DNA from: Clostridia bacterium
Lineage (GTDB): Bacteria > Bacillota > Clostridia > Oscillospirales > CAG-272
Direction of reading: 5' to 3'
NCBI GenBank assembly: GCA_017503865.1
Contig: JAFVSI010000023.1
Location: 7,369 to 71,368, forward strand
DNA length: 64,000 nt
Part shown: positions 36,536-47,569 of the stretch, in pieces
Numbering within the stretch: position 1 is the stretch's first letter
Layout of the letters: the number at the start of each line of letters is the position of its first letter
Made by a program: the position numbers and the translations under genes
Notes under the pieces: model-generated
Told to the model about the DNA's origin: nothing
Seen by the model: the letters and a program-made list of their open reading frames with translations, nothing else
The model's database searches: none

Positions 36536-36561
36536 ATATTTTCCACTCATTAAATAACATT

Positions 36562-36609
36562 AGAGATTTCATAAAATTTGTTGAAAGTTTTATGAAATCT
36601 CTTTTTTTA
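36562..36609 (+). terminator. rho-independent terminator after pmbA
   Basis: AGAGATTTCATAAAA-tttgttgaaag-TTTTATGAAATCTCT followed by T7. Confidence 0.85.
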
Positions 36610-36724
36610 TAAAAATGTTTATAAAAAAGCTCAGTTCTTTTACAAGATTTTGTGATTACATTGATTTTTTTGCAATATAATGATATAATAACAATGGAGT
36701 ATTATATCAAGGAGTTCTCAATTT

Positions 36725-37672
36725 ATGAAGTTTATGGATTTTTGTGCGGGTATAGGCGGGGGCAGATTAGGACTTGAAAAGAATAATCTTCAATGTGTTG
36801 CACATAGTGAAATAGATATGATTCCTAACTATACATATAGGTTGTTTTTTGGAGAAGAAGAAAAAAACTATGGCGATTTAATGCGTATTGACACAAAAAC
36901 ACTACCGGATTTTGATGTTTTAATTGGTGGATTTCCTTGCCAAACTTTTAGCATTGTTGGAAAAAGAGCTGGCTTTGAAGATAGTAGAGGTCAAATAATT
37001 TATGGGTTAATTAAAATATTGGTTGAAAAAGATATACCATATTTTATTTTGGAAAATGTAAAAGGCTTAGTCAATCATAATAAGGGGGAAACGTTAAAGG
37101 TTATATTAGAAGAACTTTCGAGGATTGGTTATTATGTTGATTACAAAGTTCTTAACTCGGAAAAATACGGTGTTCCTCAGCTTAGGGAAAGAATATATTT
37201 TGTCGGTGTAAAAAAAGAGTTGTTGAAAAAGCCTTTTGAATGGCCCAAACCGACAGATACTCCCAACTTACAAGATTATTTGATAGATACAGATAACGAT
37301 ATTTTGGATTTCAACAATCCCACTTGGCAGAAATACATCAACAACAAATACAACAAAGGAAGGTTCAATTTTGAAGAACTTTTAAAAGAGGATTATTTGG
37401 TGTTGGATTGGAGACAGAGTGATTTAAGGATATATAGAGGCAAAACTCCAACGTTAAGAACCGGTAGACACGGAATATTGTACGTAAAGAATGGTAAATT
37501 AAAAAAATTGAGCGGTTATGAGGGATTGCTGTTGCAGGGTTTCCCCAAAGAATTGGCAAACAAAGCTAAAAATGCAAAAATCAATAGTAACAAACTTTTG
37601 TCACAAGCAGGTAACGCTATGACGGTCTCGGTTATAGAAGCGATAGGGAAATCACTTTTGGAGTGTATATAA
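36725..37672 (+). CDS. DNA (cytosine-5)-methyltransferase
   Basis: Motif I FCAGIGGG, motif IV GGFPCQTFS, motif VI ENVKGL, motif VIII QLRERIYFVG, motif X QAGNAMTV. The gene is AT-rich. Confidence 0.9.
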   Translation: MKFMDFCAGIGGGRLGLEKNNLQCVAHSEIDMIPNYTYRLFFGEEEKNYGDLMRIDTKTLPDFDVLIGGFPCQTFSIVGKRAGFEDSRGQIIYGLIKILVEKDIPYFILENVKGLVNHNKGETLKVILEELSRIGYYVDYKVLNSEKYGVPQLRERIYFVGVKKELLKKPFEWPKPTDTPNLQDYLIDTDNDILDFNNPTWQKYINNKYNKGRFNFEELLKEDYLVLDWRQSDLRIYRGKTPTLRTGRHGILYVKNGKLKKLSGYEGLLLQGFPKELANKAKNAKINSNKLLSQAGNAMTVSVIEAIGKSLLECI

Positions 37673-37683
37673 GGAGAGAAAAA

Positions 37684-38427
37684 ATGGAAGATTTGGTTTT
37701 AAGAGGATCGAAAACCGCAAAGAATGGTTTTAAAAATGAAAAGGAAGTAGCAGATAAGTTTAATCATTGGAAGACAGATGCAGAAGCAAAACAATGGTTA
37801 GTTATTATGAAGTATGATTTGAATGAAATTGAATACGTAAAGGCAGTTGTTTTGAGCGGTTATAAAGCAGACATAAATGTTCAAGTTCAAATCAAATTAA
37901 AAGATACGGTTGATACAGAGAATATACAAGTAAAATTAGTAAGTAGTGAAAAAGGATTTAATCAAGTTGATAAGAGGTGGTTATCTCATTATAAGGAGCT
38001 TTGGAATATACCGAATAATGTTTATGAGATATTAGAGTATTTTACCGGTGAAAAACCGCCTTATAAGGCAAACACAAAAGACCAGAGAAGAATGTTTTTA
38101 AGTGAAATGGAGCTTGAAAAACAATATACCGTTATAGAATGGTTTAAACAGAATAAAACTTTGATATTAAGTGATATCATTAAAGGAAGAGGACAATTTT
38201 CTGCCGAGTGGGTTTTAGTTGTGCAAAAGGCAGAAGCAAACAGCAGATGGGAATTGAAAAACATAAACGAAGTTCTACAGCATTATGCTGTTGGAGAAGT
38301 TGGAATATCTCCAAGAGGAAGTATTATGTTGGGCGGTGTTTTGATACAAAGAAAAGGTGGAGACGGTGGCAGAGACACTGCAAAAATGTTGCAGTTTAAA
38401 TTAGATCCCACAAGTTTATTTGATTGA
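37684..38427 (+). CDS. type IIP restriction endonuclease, MspI/HinP1I-like
   Basis: Start ATG 37684 after AAGGAG, 12 nt 3' of the methyltransferase stop at 37670-72 (the longer track ORF from ATG 37663 overlaps that stop). 247 aa. The N-terminal SKTAKNGFKNEKEVADKF and C-terminal QRKGGDGGRDTAKMLQFKLDP resemble what I recall of HinP1I/MspI. The assignment is memory-based. Confidence 0.55.
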   Translation: MEDLVLRGSKTAKNGFKNEKEVADKFNHWKTDAEAKQWLVIMKYDLNEIEYVKAVVLSGYKADINVQVQIKLKDTVDTENIQVKLVSSEKGFNQVDKRWLSHYKELWNIPNNVYEILEYFTGEKPPYKANTKDQRRMFLSEMELEKQYTVIEWFKQNKTLILSDIIKGRGQFSAEWVLVVQKAEANSRWELKNINEVLQHYAVGEVGISPRGSIMLGGVLIQRKGGDGGRDTAKMLQFKLDPTSLFD

Positions 38428-38500
38428 TATTATACATAGGTTACGATATCTTAATAAAACACGTCTTATCGAAAATGGTCAAAGGAAGTTTGTTTATTAC

Positions 38501-38529
38501 TTGACAATCTTGCTTTAATGTGGTAAAAT
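38501..38529 (+). promoter_or_regulatory. promoter candidate for glyQS
   Basis: TTGACA (38501-06), 17 nt, TAAAAT (38524-29). Confidence 0.6.
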
Positions 38530-38571
38530 TATAAATTGTTAGATATTTCGACTTTGAAAGGACTAAAAAAG

Positions 38572-39969
38572 ATGAATAATACCGAAAAAACGATGGACAA
38601 AATAGTCGCTCTTTGTAAAGGACGCGGATTTATTTTCCCCGGTTCCGAGATATATGGCGGACTTGCAAACTCTTGGGACTACGGTCCTCTTGGCGTTGAA
38701 TTTAAGAACAACGTTAAGCGTGCTTGGTGGAAAAAGTTTGTTCAGGAGTGCAAATATAACGTAGGACTTGACTCCGCAATCATTATGAATCCCGAAACTT
38801 GGGTTGCTTCGGGACACGTTGGCGGCTTCTCCGATCCTCTTATGGACTGTAAGTCCTGTAAGACACGTCACCGTGCGGATAAGCTTATCGAGGAGTATGC
38901 TTTTGCGAACGGCCTTGACGATAACCCTGCAGGCTGGACGTTTGACGAGATGTCGGCATACATCAAGGAAAAGGGAATTGCTTGTCCCGATTGCGGAAGC
39001 ACCGACTTTGCTGATATAAAGAAGTTTAACCTTATGTTTAAGACCTATCAGGGCGTTACCGAGGACTCTACCACAGAGCTCTATCTCCGCCCCGAGACAG
39101 CACAGGGTATCTTTGTTGATTTCCCAAGCATTCAGCGTTCGTCCCGTAAAAAGCTTCCTTTCGGCGTTTGCCAGATAGGTAAGTCTTTCCGTAACGAGAT
39201 TACTCCCGGTAACTTCACCTTCCGTACACGTGAGTTTGAGCAGATGGAGCTTGAGTTCTTCTGCAAGCCCGGAACCGACCTTGAGTGGTTCAACTTCTGG
39301 AAGAATTACTGCCACCAGTGGTTGCTCGACCTCGGTATGAGAGACGAGAATCTTCGTCTTCGTGACCACAGCCCCGAGGAGCTTTGCTTCTATTCAAAGG
39401 CTACTACCGACTTCGAGTTCCTCTTCCCGTTCGGTTGGGGCGAGCTTTGGGGTGTTGCTGACAGAACCGATTATGACCTTTCTCAGCACGCAAAGCAGAG
39501 CGGTAAGGATATGATGTACTTCGACCAGGAAACAAACGAGAAATATACACCTTACGTTGTCGAGCCCTCGCTCGGTGCTGACCGTGTAGCTCTCGCATTC
39601 CTCGTTGATGCTTATGACGAAGAGGTAATTGACGCAGAGAAGAATGACGTAAGAGTAGTTCTTCACCTTCATCCTGCTCTTGCTCCCTTTAAGGCAGCAG
39701 TGCTTCCTCTCTCTAAGAAGCTCTCCGAGAAGGCAGGAGAGGTTTACGATGAGCTTGCAAAGTACTTCAACGTTGACTTTGACGAGGCAGGCTCTATCGG
39801 TAAGAGATACCGCCGTCAGGACGAAATAGGTACTCCTCTTTGCATCACCTACGACTTCGACTCTGAGGTTGACGGTTGCGTAACGGTACGTGACAGAGAC
39901 ACTATGGAGCAGGTTCGAATTCCCGTAAGTGAGCTTAAGGCTTATATCGAAAAGGCAATTTTCTTCTAA
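38572..39969 (+). CDS. glyQS: glycine--tRNA ligase (homodimeric class II type)
   Basis: Start ATG 38572. [31 protein letters not shown] and [25 protein letters not shown]. Confidence 0.95.
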   Translation: MNNTEKTMDKIVALCKGRGFIFPGSEIYGGLANSWDYGPLGVEFKNNVKRAWWKKFVQECKYNVGLDSAIIMNPETWVASGHVGGFSDPLMDCKSCKTRHRADKLIEEYAFANGLDDNPAGWTFDEMSAYIKEKGIACPDCGSTDFADIKKFNLMFKTYQGVTEDSTTELYLRPETAQGIFVDFPSIQRSSRKKLPFGVCQIGKSFRNEITPGNFTFRTREFEQMELEFFCKPGTDLEWFNFWKNYCHQWLLDLGMRDENLRLRDHSPEELCFYSKATTDFEFLFPFGWGELWGVADRTDYDLSQHAKQSGKDMMYFDQETNEKYTPYVVEPSLGADRVALAFLVDAYDEEVIDAEKNDVRVVLHLHPALAPFKAAVLPLSKKLSEKAGEVYDELAKYFNVDFDEAGSIGKRYRRQDEIGTPLCITYDFDSEVDGCVTVRDRDTMEQVRIPVSELKAYIEKAIFF

Positions 39970-40056
39970 TAATATAAAATAAAAATACAAGGGAGAACAT
40001 TTTATTCGTTCTCCCCTGTATTTATAAAATGACGTTTTAAGAAAAAGGAAAATAAA

Positions 40057-41466
40057 ATGGAAATACTTTCAAAAATATACGGAGCGATACTCTACTTTTT
40101 TACGGGAGCACTTTTCAAAATTCCGCTTGGTAACGATTCAACGCTTGATATATCTCTTATGATACTCTTGCTTGTTCCCGCAGGAATTTATTTTATGATA
40201 AGAACGAGATTCGTACCTGTGAGAATGTTTCCCGAAATGCTCCGTATCTCAGTCGAGAAGAATGATAAGGGGCATGGCGGTGCTATTTCGGGCGTTCAGG
40301 CACTTATCGTTTCAACGGCAACGAGAGTTGGAATGGGAAATCTCGTAGGAGTTGTAGCCGCAGTTTCAATGGGCGGTGCGGGTGCTGTTTTCTGGATGTG
40401 GGTAATGGCAATAATCGGCTCGTCAATGGCGTTTGTCGAGGCAACCTTAGCCCAGATACATAAAGAGAGAGATCCCCTTTACGGAGGATACCGTGGTGGC
40501 CCCGCATACTATATGCACAAGAGATTTGCAGGCGGAAAAAAGAAGAGCATTATGGCAATACTTTTCGCACTTTCGGGACTTATCTGCTGGTGTGCGATAA
40601 GCCAGGTGTCGAGCAACTCTGTAACAACAATGTTCGAGTCGGCATTTTCCTTTGAGATACCGAGAGTTGCAACCGTTTCGGTACTCGTTATAATTGCGGC
40701 ATTCATCGTGCTTCGTAAGAATACCACCGTCAAGGTGCTTGACGTTATGGTTCCCGTTATGGCGGTTGCTTATTTTGCACTCACTATTTTTGTGATGATA
40801 AAGAACGCAGGCGTGCTTCCCTCGGTGTTCAAGAGAGTTTTCGAAGAAGCCTTTGGAATAAGACAGATAGCAGGCGGTGGAATCGGTGCGGTAATTATGT
40901 GCGGTGTGCAGCGTGGATTATTCTCGAACGAGGCAGGCTCTGGCTCAGCTCCCTGTGCGGCAGCGGCAGCTGACGTGTCTCACCCCGCAAAAGCAGGACT
41001 TTTCCAGACGCTCGGTGTACTTATAGACACCCTCGTTATTTGTACTTGTACGGCAATGCTTCTCTTGACAGTTCCCGAAAACATTTCGGCGGGACTTGAG
41101 GGAATGGGACTTCTCAATGTCGCTATGGAGTATCATTTTGGCAAGGTAGGCGTTGTGTTTATCGCTCTCGTGCTTTTGTTATTCAGCTTTTCCACCTTCC
41201 TTGGCATACTTTTCTATGCCCGTCCCAACGTTGCATACGTATTTGGAGACACTTGGACCTCGCAGACGGTCTATAAGGTGATAGCCCTTGCGATGTTCTT
41301 TGTGGGCGGAATAATGGACCCCAACTTCGTATGGGATTTTGCTGACATCGGTATAGGTCTTATGACGGTATTCAATATTGTCGCAATAATAGTTATGGCA
41401 AAAGAGGCACTTAACGCACTTGACGATTATACGGTGCTCGTAAAGCAAAGAAAAAAACAAGAATAA
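40057..41466 (+). CDS. agcS: alanine/glycine:cation symporter (AGCS family)
   Basis: 469 aa and polytopic. GAISGVQALIVSTATRVGMGNLVGVVAAVSMGGAGAVFWMW is typical of the AGCS family. Confidence 0.85.
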   Translation: MEILSKIYGAILYFFTGALFKIPLGNDSTLDISLMILLLVPAGIYFMIRTRFVPVRMFPEMLRISVEKNDKGHGGAISGVQALIVSTATRVGMGNLVGVVAAVSMGGAGAVFWMWVMAIIGSSMAFVEATLAQIHKERDPLYGGYRGGPAYYMHKRFAGGKKKSIMAILFALSGLICWCAISQVSSNSVTTMFESAFSFEIPRVATVSVLVIIAAFIVLRKNTTVKVLDVMVPVMAVAYFALTIFVMIKNAGVLPSVFKRVFEEAFGIRQIAGGGIGAVIMCGVQRGLFSNEAGSGSAPCAAAAADVSHPAKAGLFQTLGVLIDTLVICTCTAMLLLTVPENISAGLEGMGLLNVAMEYHFGKVGVVFIALVLLLFSFSTFLGILFYARPNVAYVFGDTWTSQTVYKVIALAMFFVGGIMDPNFVWDFADIGIGLMTVFNIVAIIVMAKEALNALDDYTVLVKQRKKQE

Positions 41467-41478
41467 ATAAACAAAAAT

Positions 41479-41516
41479 AGGAGCTAAGGCTGTGCCTTAG
41501 CTCCTTTGTTTTTTTG
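41479..41516. terminator. bidirectional terminator between agcS and ftsH
   Basis: AGGAGCTAAGGC-tgt-GCCTTAGCTCCT, with an A-run before and a T-run after. Confidence 0.85.
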
Positions 41517-41519
41517 ATT

Positions 41520-43607
41520 TTAGTGACCGACATCGTCCTCGTCACCGTTAGAAACGCTGCCGTCTCTGTCGTAGTGGTCAAAGTTGTCGTCGGGTTCTTT
41601 ATTTTCTTTTTCGCGACGCTCAGTCGCCTCTTTCTCACGACGCTCCTTTTCTTTCTCTTCGCGGAGTCTTTCGTCGTTTTCTTCACGGCTGCGTCTCTTC
41701 TTAGCCTCGGTCATTTCCTCGAGGTACTCAAACGTGACCTCACCGTCCATAGCCGCCTTGAACTGCTCGCCGTCCATGATCTCGTGCTTTAAAAGGAACT
41801 CTGACACGAAGTGAAGCTTGTCAAGGTTAGCTCTGAGAATTTCCTTAGCCTTGTTATAAGACTCGGTAATGATATTGTGGATCTCGGAGTCGATCTTAGC
41901 AGCAACCTCTTCGGAGTAATCCTGAGCACTCGAGAAATCCTTGCCGAGAAATACCTCGCTGTGTCCGGTGCCGAAAGAGCGGGGACCGAGAATATCGCTC
42001 ATACCGAGCTGAGTAACCATCTTCTTGGCAATATCGGTAGCACGCTGAATATCGTTCGATGCACCGCCCGAAATATCACCGAAAATAATTTCCTCTGCCG
42101 CACGTCCGCCGAGAAGCATAGAGATCTTTTCCTTAAGCTCGTTCTTATATACGCTGTAACGGTCCTCTGTCGGGGGATTGAGCGTATATCCAAGAGCATT
42201 TCCGCTCGGGATAATGGAGATCTGCTGAACGGGGTCCTGCGTGGGAAGAAGGTGTGCGAGAATTGCGTGTCCTGCCTCGTGATAAGCGGTCTTGCGAAGC
42301 TCGCTTTCCTTGTGATTCTTGACCTTCTTCTTTGGGCCTGCAATAACCTTGATAAAGGCGTCCTCAATGTCTTCCATACCTATAAGAGACTTCTTTCTGC
42401 GAGCTGCAAGAAGAGCTGCCTCGTTAAGAAGGTTTGCAAGGTCAGCACCCGTAAAGCCTGCAGTTGTCTTCGCAACCTTGGCGAAATCAACCGACTTCTC
42501 GAAGGGTTTGTTTCTTGCGTGAACGTGAAGAATTTCCTCACGTCCCTTAATATCGGGATAATTTACAGTGATCTGTCTGTCAAAACGACCGGGGCGGAGA
42601 AGTGCCGGGTCGAGAATATCGGGACGGTTCGTAGCGGCTATAACGATTATACCCTCGTGAGAGCCGAATCCGTCCATCTCAACGAGAAGCTGGTTGAGTG
42701 TCTGCTCACGCTCATCGTGACCGCCGCCGAGACCTGCTCCTCTGTGACGGCCAACTGCGTCGATCTCATCAATAAATACGATAGAGGCGGGAGCTTTTCT
42801 TGCGGTCTCGAAAAGGTCGCGGACACGCGAAGCACCGACACCGACGTACATTTCAACGAAATCCGAGCCCGAGATAGAGAAGAAGGGAACACCCGCTTCT
42901 CCTGCAACTGCCTTCGCAAGTAAGGTCTTACCTGTTCCGGGAGGGCCCATAAGAAGTACACCGTGAGGTATCTTTGCACCGAGCTTTGAGAATTTTGTGG
43001 GATCCTTCAGATATTCGACCACCTCTTCAAGCTCTGCTTTTTCTTCGTCAGCACCTGCAACGTCGGAGAAAAGCACCTTTTTTGCATCGGAATCGGGAGT
43101 TTTTACTCTCGCCTTGCCGAAGTTTGCGAACTTGCCGCCCGCACCGCCGCTTTTGCCTCCGTTCATCTGATTCATAACGAAGAACCAGAAAACGATAACA
43201 AGAATGATTATTATAATGAAGGGAAGATAAGATACCCACCAAGGCGTTTCGGCATCGGGTATAATATCGTACGTGGTGAGATTTTTGTTTGAAACACCGT
43301 CCTCGCCGCCGAGATAATATTTTTCAAGGCTCTGGAGAAGGGGATATCCCGCGAGTTGATAGCCTACAGTACTTTCGCTGTTTGCTATTTTATTGCCGTT
43401 TTCATCAAACTTTGCGACCTTCATCGTGATAAACATATTTTCATCGACCGTGAAGCTCACTACCTCATCGTTTTTAAAGTAGTCGACAACGTCGCTGTAC
43501 GTCAAGGCTTCTTCCTCGTGTGAGCCAAACACAAACGACACCGCGACTATTATGCCTACAATGAGCACGGCATAAAAGGCAAGTGTTTTTATATGATTCT
43601 TTTTCAT
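41520..43607 (-). CDS. ftsH: ATP-dependent zinc metalloprotease FtsH
   Basis: Walker A GPPGTGKT, the AAA SRH region, zinc motif HEAGHA, an N-terminal TM pair, and a charged E/R/K-rich C-terminal tail. Confidence 0.97.
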   Translation of the reverse strand: MKKNHIKTLAFYAVLIVGIIVAVSFVFGSHEEEALTYSDVVDYFKNDEVVSFTVDENMFITMKVAKFDENGNKIANSESTVGYQLAGYPLLQSLEKYYLGGEDGVSNKNLTTYDIIPDAETPWWVSYLPFIIIIILVIVFWFFVMNQMNGGKSGGAGGKFANFGKARVKTPDSDAKKVLFSDVAGADEEKAELEEVVEYLKDPTKFSKLGAKIPHGVLLMGPPGTGKTLLAKAVAGEAGVPFFSISGSDFVEMYVGVGASRVRDLFETARKAPASIVFIDEIDAVGRHRGAGLGGGHDEREQTLNQLLVEMDGFGSHEGIIVIAATNRPDILDPALLRPGRFDRQITVNYPDIKGREEILHVHARNKPFEKSVDFAKVAKTTAGFTGADLANLLNEAALLAARRKKSLIGMEDIEDAFIKVIAGPKKKVKNHKESELRKTAYHEAGHAILAHLLPTQDPVQQISIIPSGNALGYTLNPPTEDRYSVYKNELKEKISMLLGGRAAEEIIFGDISGGASNDIQRATDIAKKMVTQLGMSDILGPRSFGTGHSEVFLGKDFSSAQDYSEEVAAKIDSEIHNIITESYNKAKEILRANLDKLHFVSEFLLKHEIMDGEQFKAAMDGEVTFEYLEEMTEAKKRRSREENDERLREEKEKERREKEATERREKENKEPDDNFDHYDRDGSVSNGDEDDVGH

Positions 43608-43640
43608 CTGTTCCTCCGTAAAATAACGTAACTTTAGCCG

Positions 43641-44189
43641 TTACTTTTCATAAACCTCACGCTTGAGAATACCCACGTAAGGAAGATTTCTGTATTTCTC
43701 GTTATAATCGAGACCGAAGCCGACAACAAACTCGTCAGGAATTACCTTGCCGAAATAGTCGGGCTTGAAATCAACCGTACGTCTTGAGGGTTTATCGAGA
43801 AGGGTAGCTGTGCGAACGCTGCTCGCACCCTTCTCTGTAAAGTATTTTATAAGATGCGAAAGAGTTCTTCCGCTGTCAATTATGTCCTCAATAACGATAA
43901 AATCAACGTCCGCAATATCGGTACGCTTGATGTCAAGGTGTATGTTGATAACACCTGTAGTAGAAGTTCCCGAGCCGTAAGAGGAGACCTTCATAAAGTC
44001 AAGCTCAAGCGGCAGAGTTATACGCTTCATAAGCTCCGAGGTAAACATAATTGAACCCTTAAGAATGCAAATAAGCACAAGCGGCCTTCCCGAATTCTTG
44101 TAATCTTCGTTTATCTGCTGTGCAATCTTGTCGCAGATACTTGCAATTTCGTCCTCGGATACGAGAACCTTTTCAATGTCCTTTTCCAT
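43641..44189 (-). CDS. hpt: hypoxanthine phosphoribosyltransferase
   Basis: 182 aa. PRPP motif FIVIEDIIDSGRTL and tilS-hpt-ftsH synteny. Confidence 0.93.
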   Translation of the reverse strand: MEKDIEKVLVSEDEIASICDKIAQQINEDYKNSGRPLVLICILKGSIMFTSELMKRITLPLELDFMKVSSYGSGTSTTGVINIHLDIKRTDIADVDFIVIEDIIDSGRTLSHLIKYFTEKGASSVRTATLLDKPSRRTVDFKPDYFGKVIPDEFVVGFGLDYNEKYRNLPYVGILKREVYEK

Positions 44190-44210
44190 AGTGTTGACCT
44201 TTCAGTATGT

Positions 44211-45623
44211 TCAATATAAATAGAATATGATTGATTTTTTTTCCAAGTTTTCTCCTGAGCCGCACTTTTTAGGATTTGCGGAGTCTCTAACACCCACATA
44301 GGGAATTGCTACCACTCCGTCAGAGTCGCATAAAAGCGGAATACGGTCTCTTTCGTCCGGGGGGATTTTTTTGTCGCACATAAGCTTTTTTACGCTCTTG
44401 TGCATACCGCCCATAAATATTTTGTCACCTGCCAAACGCTGACGCAAAATAAGCGTCCCATTTATTGTAGCAGAATTTATTTCTAATTGTATAGACTTTT
44501 TGTAAATATTTTTTTCTTTATGTGATTTTCCTATGACGATTTCGGCATTTGTTTGTGAAATGAAATTCTCGCCCTCTTTTGCCGCTACCTCATAGTATTC
44601 GCATTTTGCGTCCCGAATATCGTTCTTTTTTTCAAAGCGGAAATTTTTTCCTGTTCTTGTGGCATAAAAGCCGTTTGGAAGGGAAATTTTACCGTCAACC
44701 CCCGTGAGAAGAAAATCAAGCACCGCCCTTACGTGTACCTCTTCGAGTGAAATGCTCGAAATCCTGTCGAAAAGCTTTATTAAAGCCCTTGATGAAAGAG
44801 AAGTGTGTGCCGACGCAATGATTTCCGAGTCATACCTGCCGTCTCCCTTGTAAGCTCTGTCTAAAAGCTCATCTGTGAGAGAGGAAAGAAGGCTTGCGTC
44901 CTCTTTAAGAAGGGAAGCAGTCCTCAAAGCTCGCTTTTCTGCCGCAGGGCATATTTCTTTTAAGACGGGAACGATACCCGCACGAATTTTATTTCTCGTG
45001 TAATCCGTGTCAAGATTTGTGCTGTCGGTCACAAAATCGAGTCCGTTTTCCTCACAGTAGTGAAGAACGTCCTCGCGGCTCATACCAAGAATAGGGCGAA
45101 CGAGTGTGCCGCCCTCGCACTTTCTCAATGCAGGAATGCCCGAAAGTCCCGAGAGTCCCGTTCCTCTTGCGAGGTTAAAGAGCATCGTCTCAAGATTGTC
45201 GTTTGCATTGTGAGCCGTCGCGAGAAGGGGAATACCGTTTTCCTTCATCACTCTCGCAAAAAAGGCATATCTCTCGTCTCTCGCACAAAGCTCAACGCTT
45301 TTTGAGCTTTCCTTCGCAAGAGAGGGAATATCTACGTGATGCAGAAAGATATCGATTCCGTATTTTTTTGCAACGTTTACGCAAAATGCCTCGTCTCTGT
45401 CCGCCTCAGCACCCCTGATGCCGTGATTTACGTGTGCGGCACAGACACGCCAGCTGTTTTGCTCTGCAAATTTACAAAGAAGGTCTAAAAGCACTCTCGA
45501 GTCAGCACCGCCCGAAAAGCCGACCAGCACCGATTTTGAGCCGCCCGTCTCAGCTAAACTGAAGTCGGGGAAACAAAAACCTTCGGGAAAGCTTTGTGCC
45601 TTGCCATTTGTTTTTTTGTTCAT
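44211..45623 (-). CDS. tilS: tRNA(Ile)-lysidine synthetase
   Basis: PP-loop VGFSGGADS, 470 aa, upstream of hpt-ftsH. Confidence 0.9.
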   Translation of the reverse strand: MNKKTNGKAQSFPEGFCFPDFSLAETGGSKSVLVGFSGGADSRVLLDLLCKFAEQNSWRVCAAHVNHGIRGAEADRDEAFCVNVAKKYGIDIFLHHVDIPSLAKESSKSVELCARDERYAFFARVMKENGIPLLATAHNANDNLETMLFNLARGTGLSGLSGIPALRKCEGGTLVRPILGMSREDVLHYCEENGLDFVTDSTNLDTDYTRNKIRAGIVPVLKEICPAAEKRALRTASLLKEDASLLSSLTDELLDRAYKGDGRYDSEIIASAHTSLSSRALIKLFDRISSISLEEVHVRAVLDFLLTGVDGKISLPNGFYATRTGKNFRFEKKNDIRDAKCEYYEVAAKEGENFISQTNAEIVIGKSHKEKNIYKKSIQLEINSATINGTLILRQRLAGDKIFMGGMHKSVKKLMCDKKIPPDERDRIPLLCDSDGVVAIPYVGVRDSANPKKCGSGENLEKKSIIFYLY

Positions 45624-45708
45624 AATAATTTTATTAGCTCCAAATGCTTAAATATACTTTCTCCCGAAAAGTCTCGGGCATACGTAAATATAAAAGCAAA
45701 GAATTTGT

Positions 45709-47058
45709 TTATGAGGGTTCCTCGACGTTTACGATAGTACGGAATTTGGTATAGCTTCCTATCCAACCCATCTTAACGCTGTCAGTCGAGCCGTGACGGT
45801 TTTTAGCAACTATGATTTCCGCTACGCTGCCGCCCTCGCCCTTTGCCTCTTGATTGTAGTATTCTTCTCTGTGAATAAAGATAACTATATCGGCGTCCTG
45901 CTCGATAGAGCCCGAGTCACGAAGATCGGAAAGCACAGGTCTTTTGCTATTGCTCGAGGTTCCTCTCTTTTCGTTGTCACGGGAGAGCTGTGCACAGCAG
46001 ATAATAGGAACGTTTAGCTCCTTAGCCATAAGCTTGAGACCTCTTGAAATATCACCGACAACCTGTGCACGGTTGTCTGATTTTGTGTTCTCGCCTTGCA
46101 TAAGCTGGAGATAGTCAACCACAACAAGTCCGAGATTCTCAACTCTGCGAAGCTTACCTATCATACCCGAAACGGTGATGTTCGAGGTATCGTCTATAAG
46201 TATATCGCAACCCGCAAGCTTGTCTGCGGCGTGGGCAATATTGTCCCACTGTTCGGTGCTGAGCTTGCCCGTACGCATAGCCTTGCTTTCAACCATAGCC
46301 TCGCTCGAGATAATTCTCGATACGAGCTGCTCTGCAGACATTTCGAGAGAGAATATACATACCTTTTTCTTTGTCTGGGTAGCAACGTTCGTAGCTATAT
46401 TGAGTGCAAACGAGGTCTTTCCCATACCGGGACGTGCACCAACGATGATAAGGTCGGAGTTACCCATTCCCGCGAGGACGTTATCAAGTCCCGAAAAGCC
46501 CGTATTCGTGCCGTGAGAGCCGCTGTTGCTAGCAAGCTCGTTAAGGCTTATGAATACCTCTCCTATTACGTCGGAGATGTGCTTGAAGTTCCTCGTGTCG
46601 CGTCCCTGACTAAGCTCAAATATCTTGCTTTCGGCAAAATTGATTATTTCGCTCGCCTTGCCCTCTTCACTGTACGCGGTATCGGATATCTCGTTACAAG
46701 CATCGATAAGAGTACGGAGAAGGCTTTTTTCCTTAACAATGTCGGCATAGTCAAGCACGTTAAGAGAGTTTGGAACAACCTGACCGAGAGTTCTTATATA
46801 ATCCTCTCCGCCCGATTTCGTATAAACTCCACGCTTAACGAGCATATCGATAAGAGTTACGATATCTATTTGCTTGCTCGCCTTGAAAAGCTCGAGCATT
46901 GCGGTATATATCTGTGAATGCTCGGTGAGATAAAAGTCGGTAGCCTTTACCCTCTCGGTTATATCGTTAAAGCAGTCGGGGTCGGAAAGAATAGCACCGA
47001 GTAAGGATTGCTCTGCTATAAGCGAAAAGGGAAGCTTTTTCAAAAAATCGTCGTTCAT
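45709..47058 (-). CDS. dnaB: replicative DNA helicase
   Basis: LPFSLIAEQSLLGAIL, Walker A GARPGMGKTSFAL, 449 aa, downstream of rplI. Confidence 0.96.
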   Translation of the reverse strand: MNDDFLKKLPFSLIAEQSLLGAILSDPDCFNDITERVKATDFYLTEHSQIYTAMLELFKASKQIDIVTLIDMLVKRGVYTKSGGEDYIRTLGQVVPNSLNVLDYADIVKEKSLLRTLIDACNEISDTAYSEEGKASEIINFAESKIFELSQGRDTRNFKHISDVIGEVFISLNELASNSGSHGTNTGFSGLDNVLAGMGNSDLIIVGARPGMGKTSFALNIATNVATQTKKKVCIFSLEMSAEQLVSRIISSEAMVESKAMRTGKLSTEQWDNIAHAADKLAGCDILIDDTSNITVSGMIGKLRRVENLGLVVVDYLQLMQGENTKSDNRAQVVGDISRGLKLMAKELNVPIICCAQLSRDNEKRGTSSNSKRPVLSDLRDSGSIEQDADIVIFIHREEYYNQEAKGEGGSVAEIIVAKNRHGSTDSVKMGWIGSYTKFRTIVNVEEPS

Positions 47059-47079
47059 TTTATTTATCCTGTTTTCAGT

Positions 47080-47529
47080 TTATTTTTTGCTTGTTACCGT
47101 AAATTTGATTTTTGCCGAAACGTCGCTGTAGAGCTTTGCGTCTGCGGTAAAGGTGCCAAACGTCTTTACGGGCTCTGCGAGAACTATCTTTCTTTTATCC
47201 ACAGTTATTTTATATTCAGCAGCGAGCTTTTCCGCAAGGTCCTTGTTTGTGACCGAGCCGTAGAGCTTCGAGTCAGCTCCTGCGGCATACTCGAAAACGA
47301 GAGTAATGCCCTCAAGCTTTGCGGCAACCGCCTTTGCCTCGGCTCTTTCTGTCTCTATCTTATGCTGCTTCGATGCTTCCTTGTTTTTTATTTCGTTCAT
47401 TGACTTTGCGTCAGCGGGAACGGCAAGCTTTTTGGGGAATAGAAAGTTGCGTGCGTATCCGTCCGATACGTCAACTATCTGGTCCTTCTTGCCCTGTCCC
47501 TTTACGTCCTGTGTTAAAATTACCTTCAT
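47080..47529 (-). CDS. rplI: 50S ribosomal protein L9
   Basis: [36 protein letters not shown], 149 aa. Confidence 0.97.
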   Translation of the reverse strand: MKVILTQDVKGQGKKDQIVDVSDGYARNFLFPKKLAVPADAKSMNEIKNKEASKQHKIETERAEAKAVAAKLEGITLVFEYAAGADSKLYGSVTNKDLAEKLAAEYKITVDKRKIVLAEPVKTFGTFTADAKLYSDVSAKIKFTVTSKK

Positions 47530-47569
47530 TTGTTTTACCTCCGTGATATATGCGATTAGCTGTTAAAAG

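Noticed and set aside
41520-41700. Highly charged E/R/K-rich C-terminal tail of FtsH, and the low-complexity Q/P/K-rich N-terminus of IF-2 (53700-54500)
   Set aside because: Such low-complexity extensions are common lineage-specific features of these housekeeping proteins. Nothing suggests a separate element.
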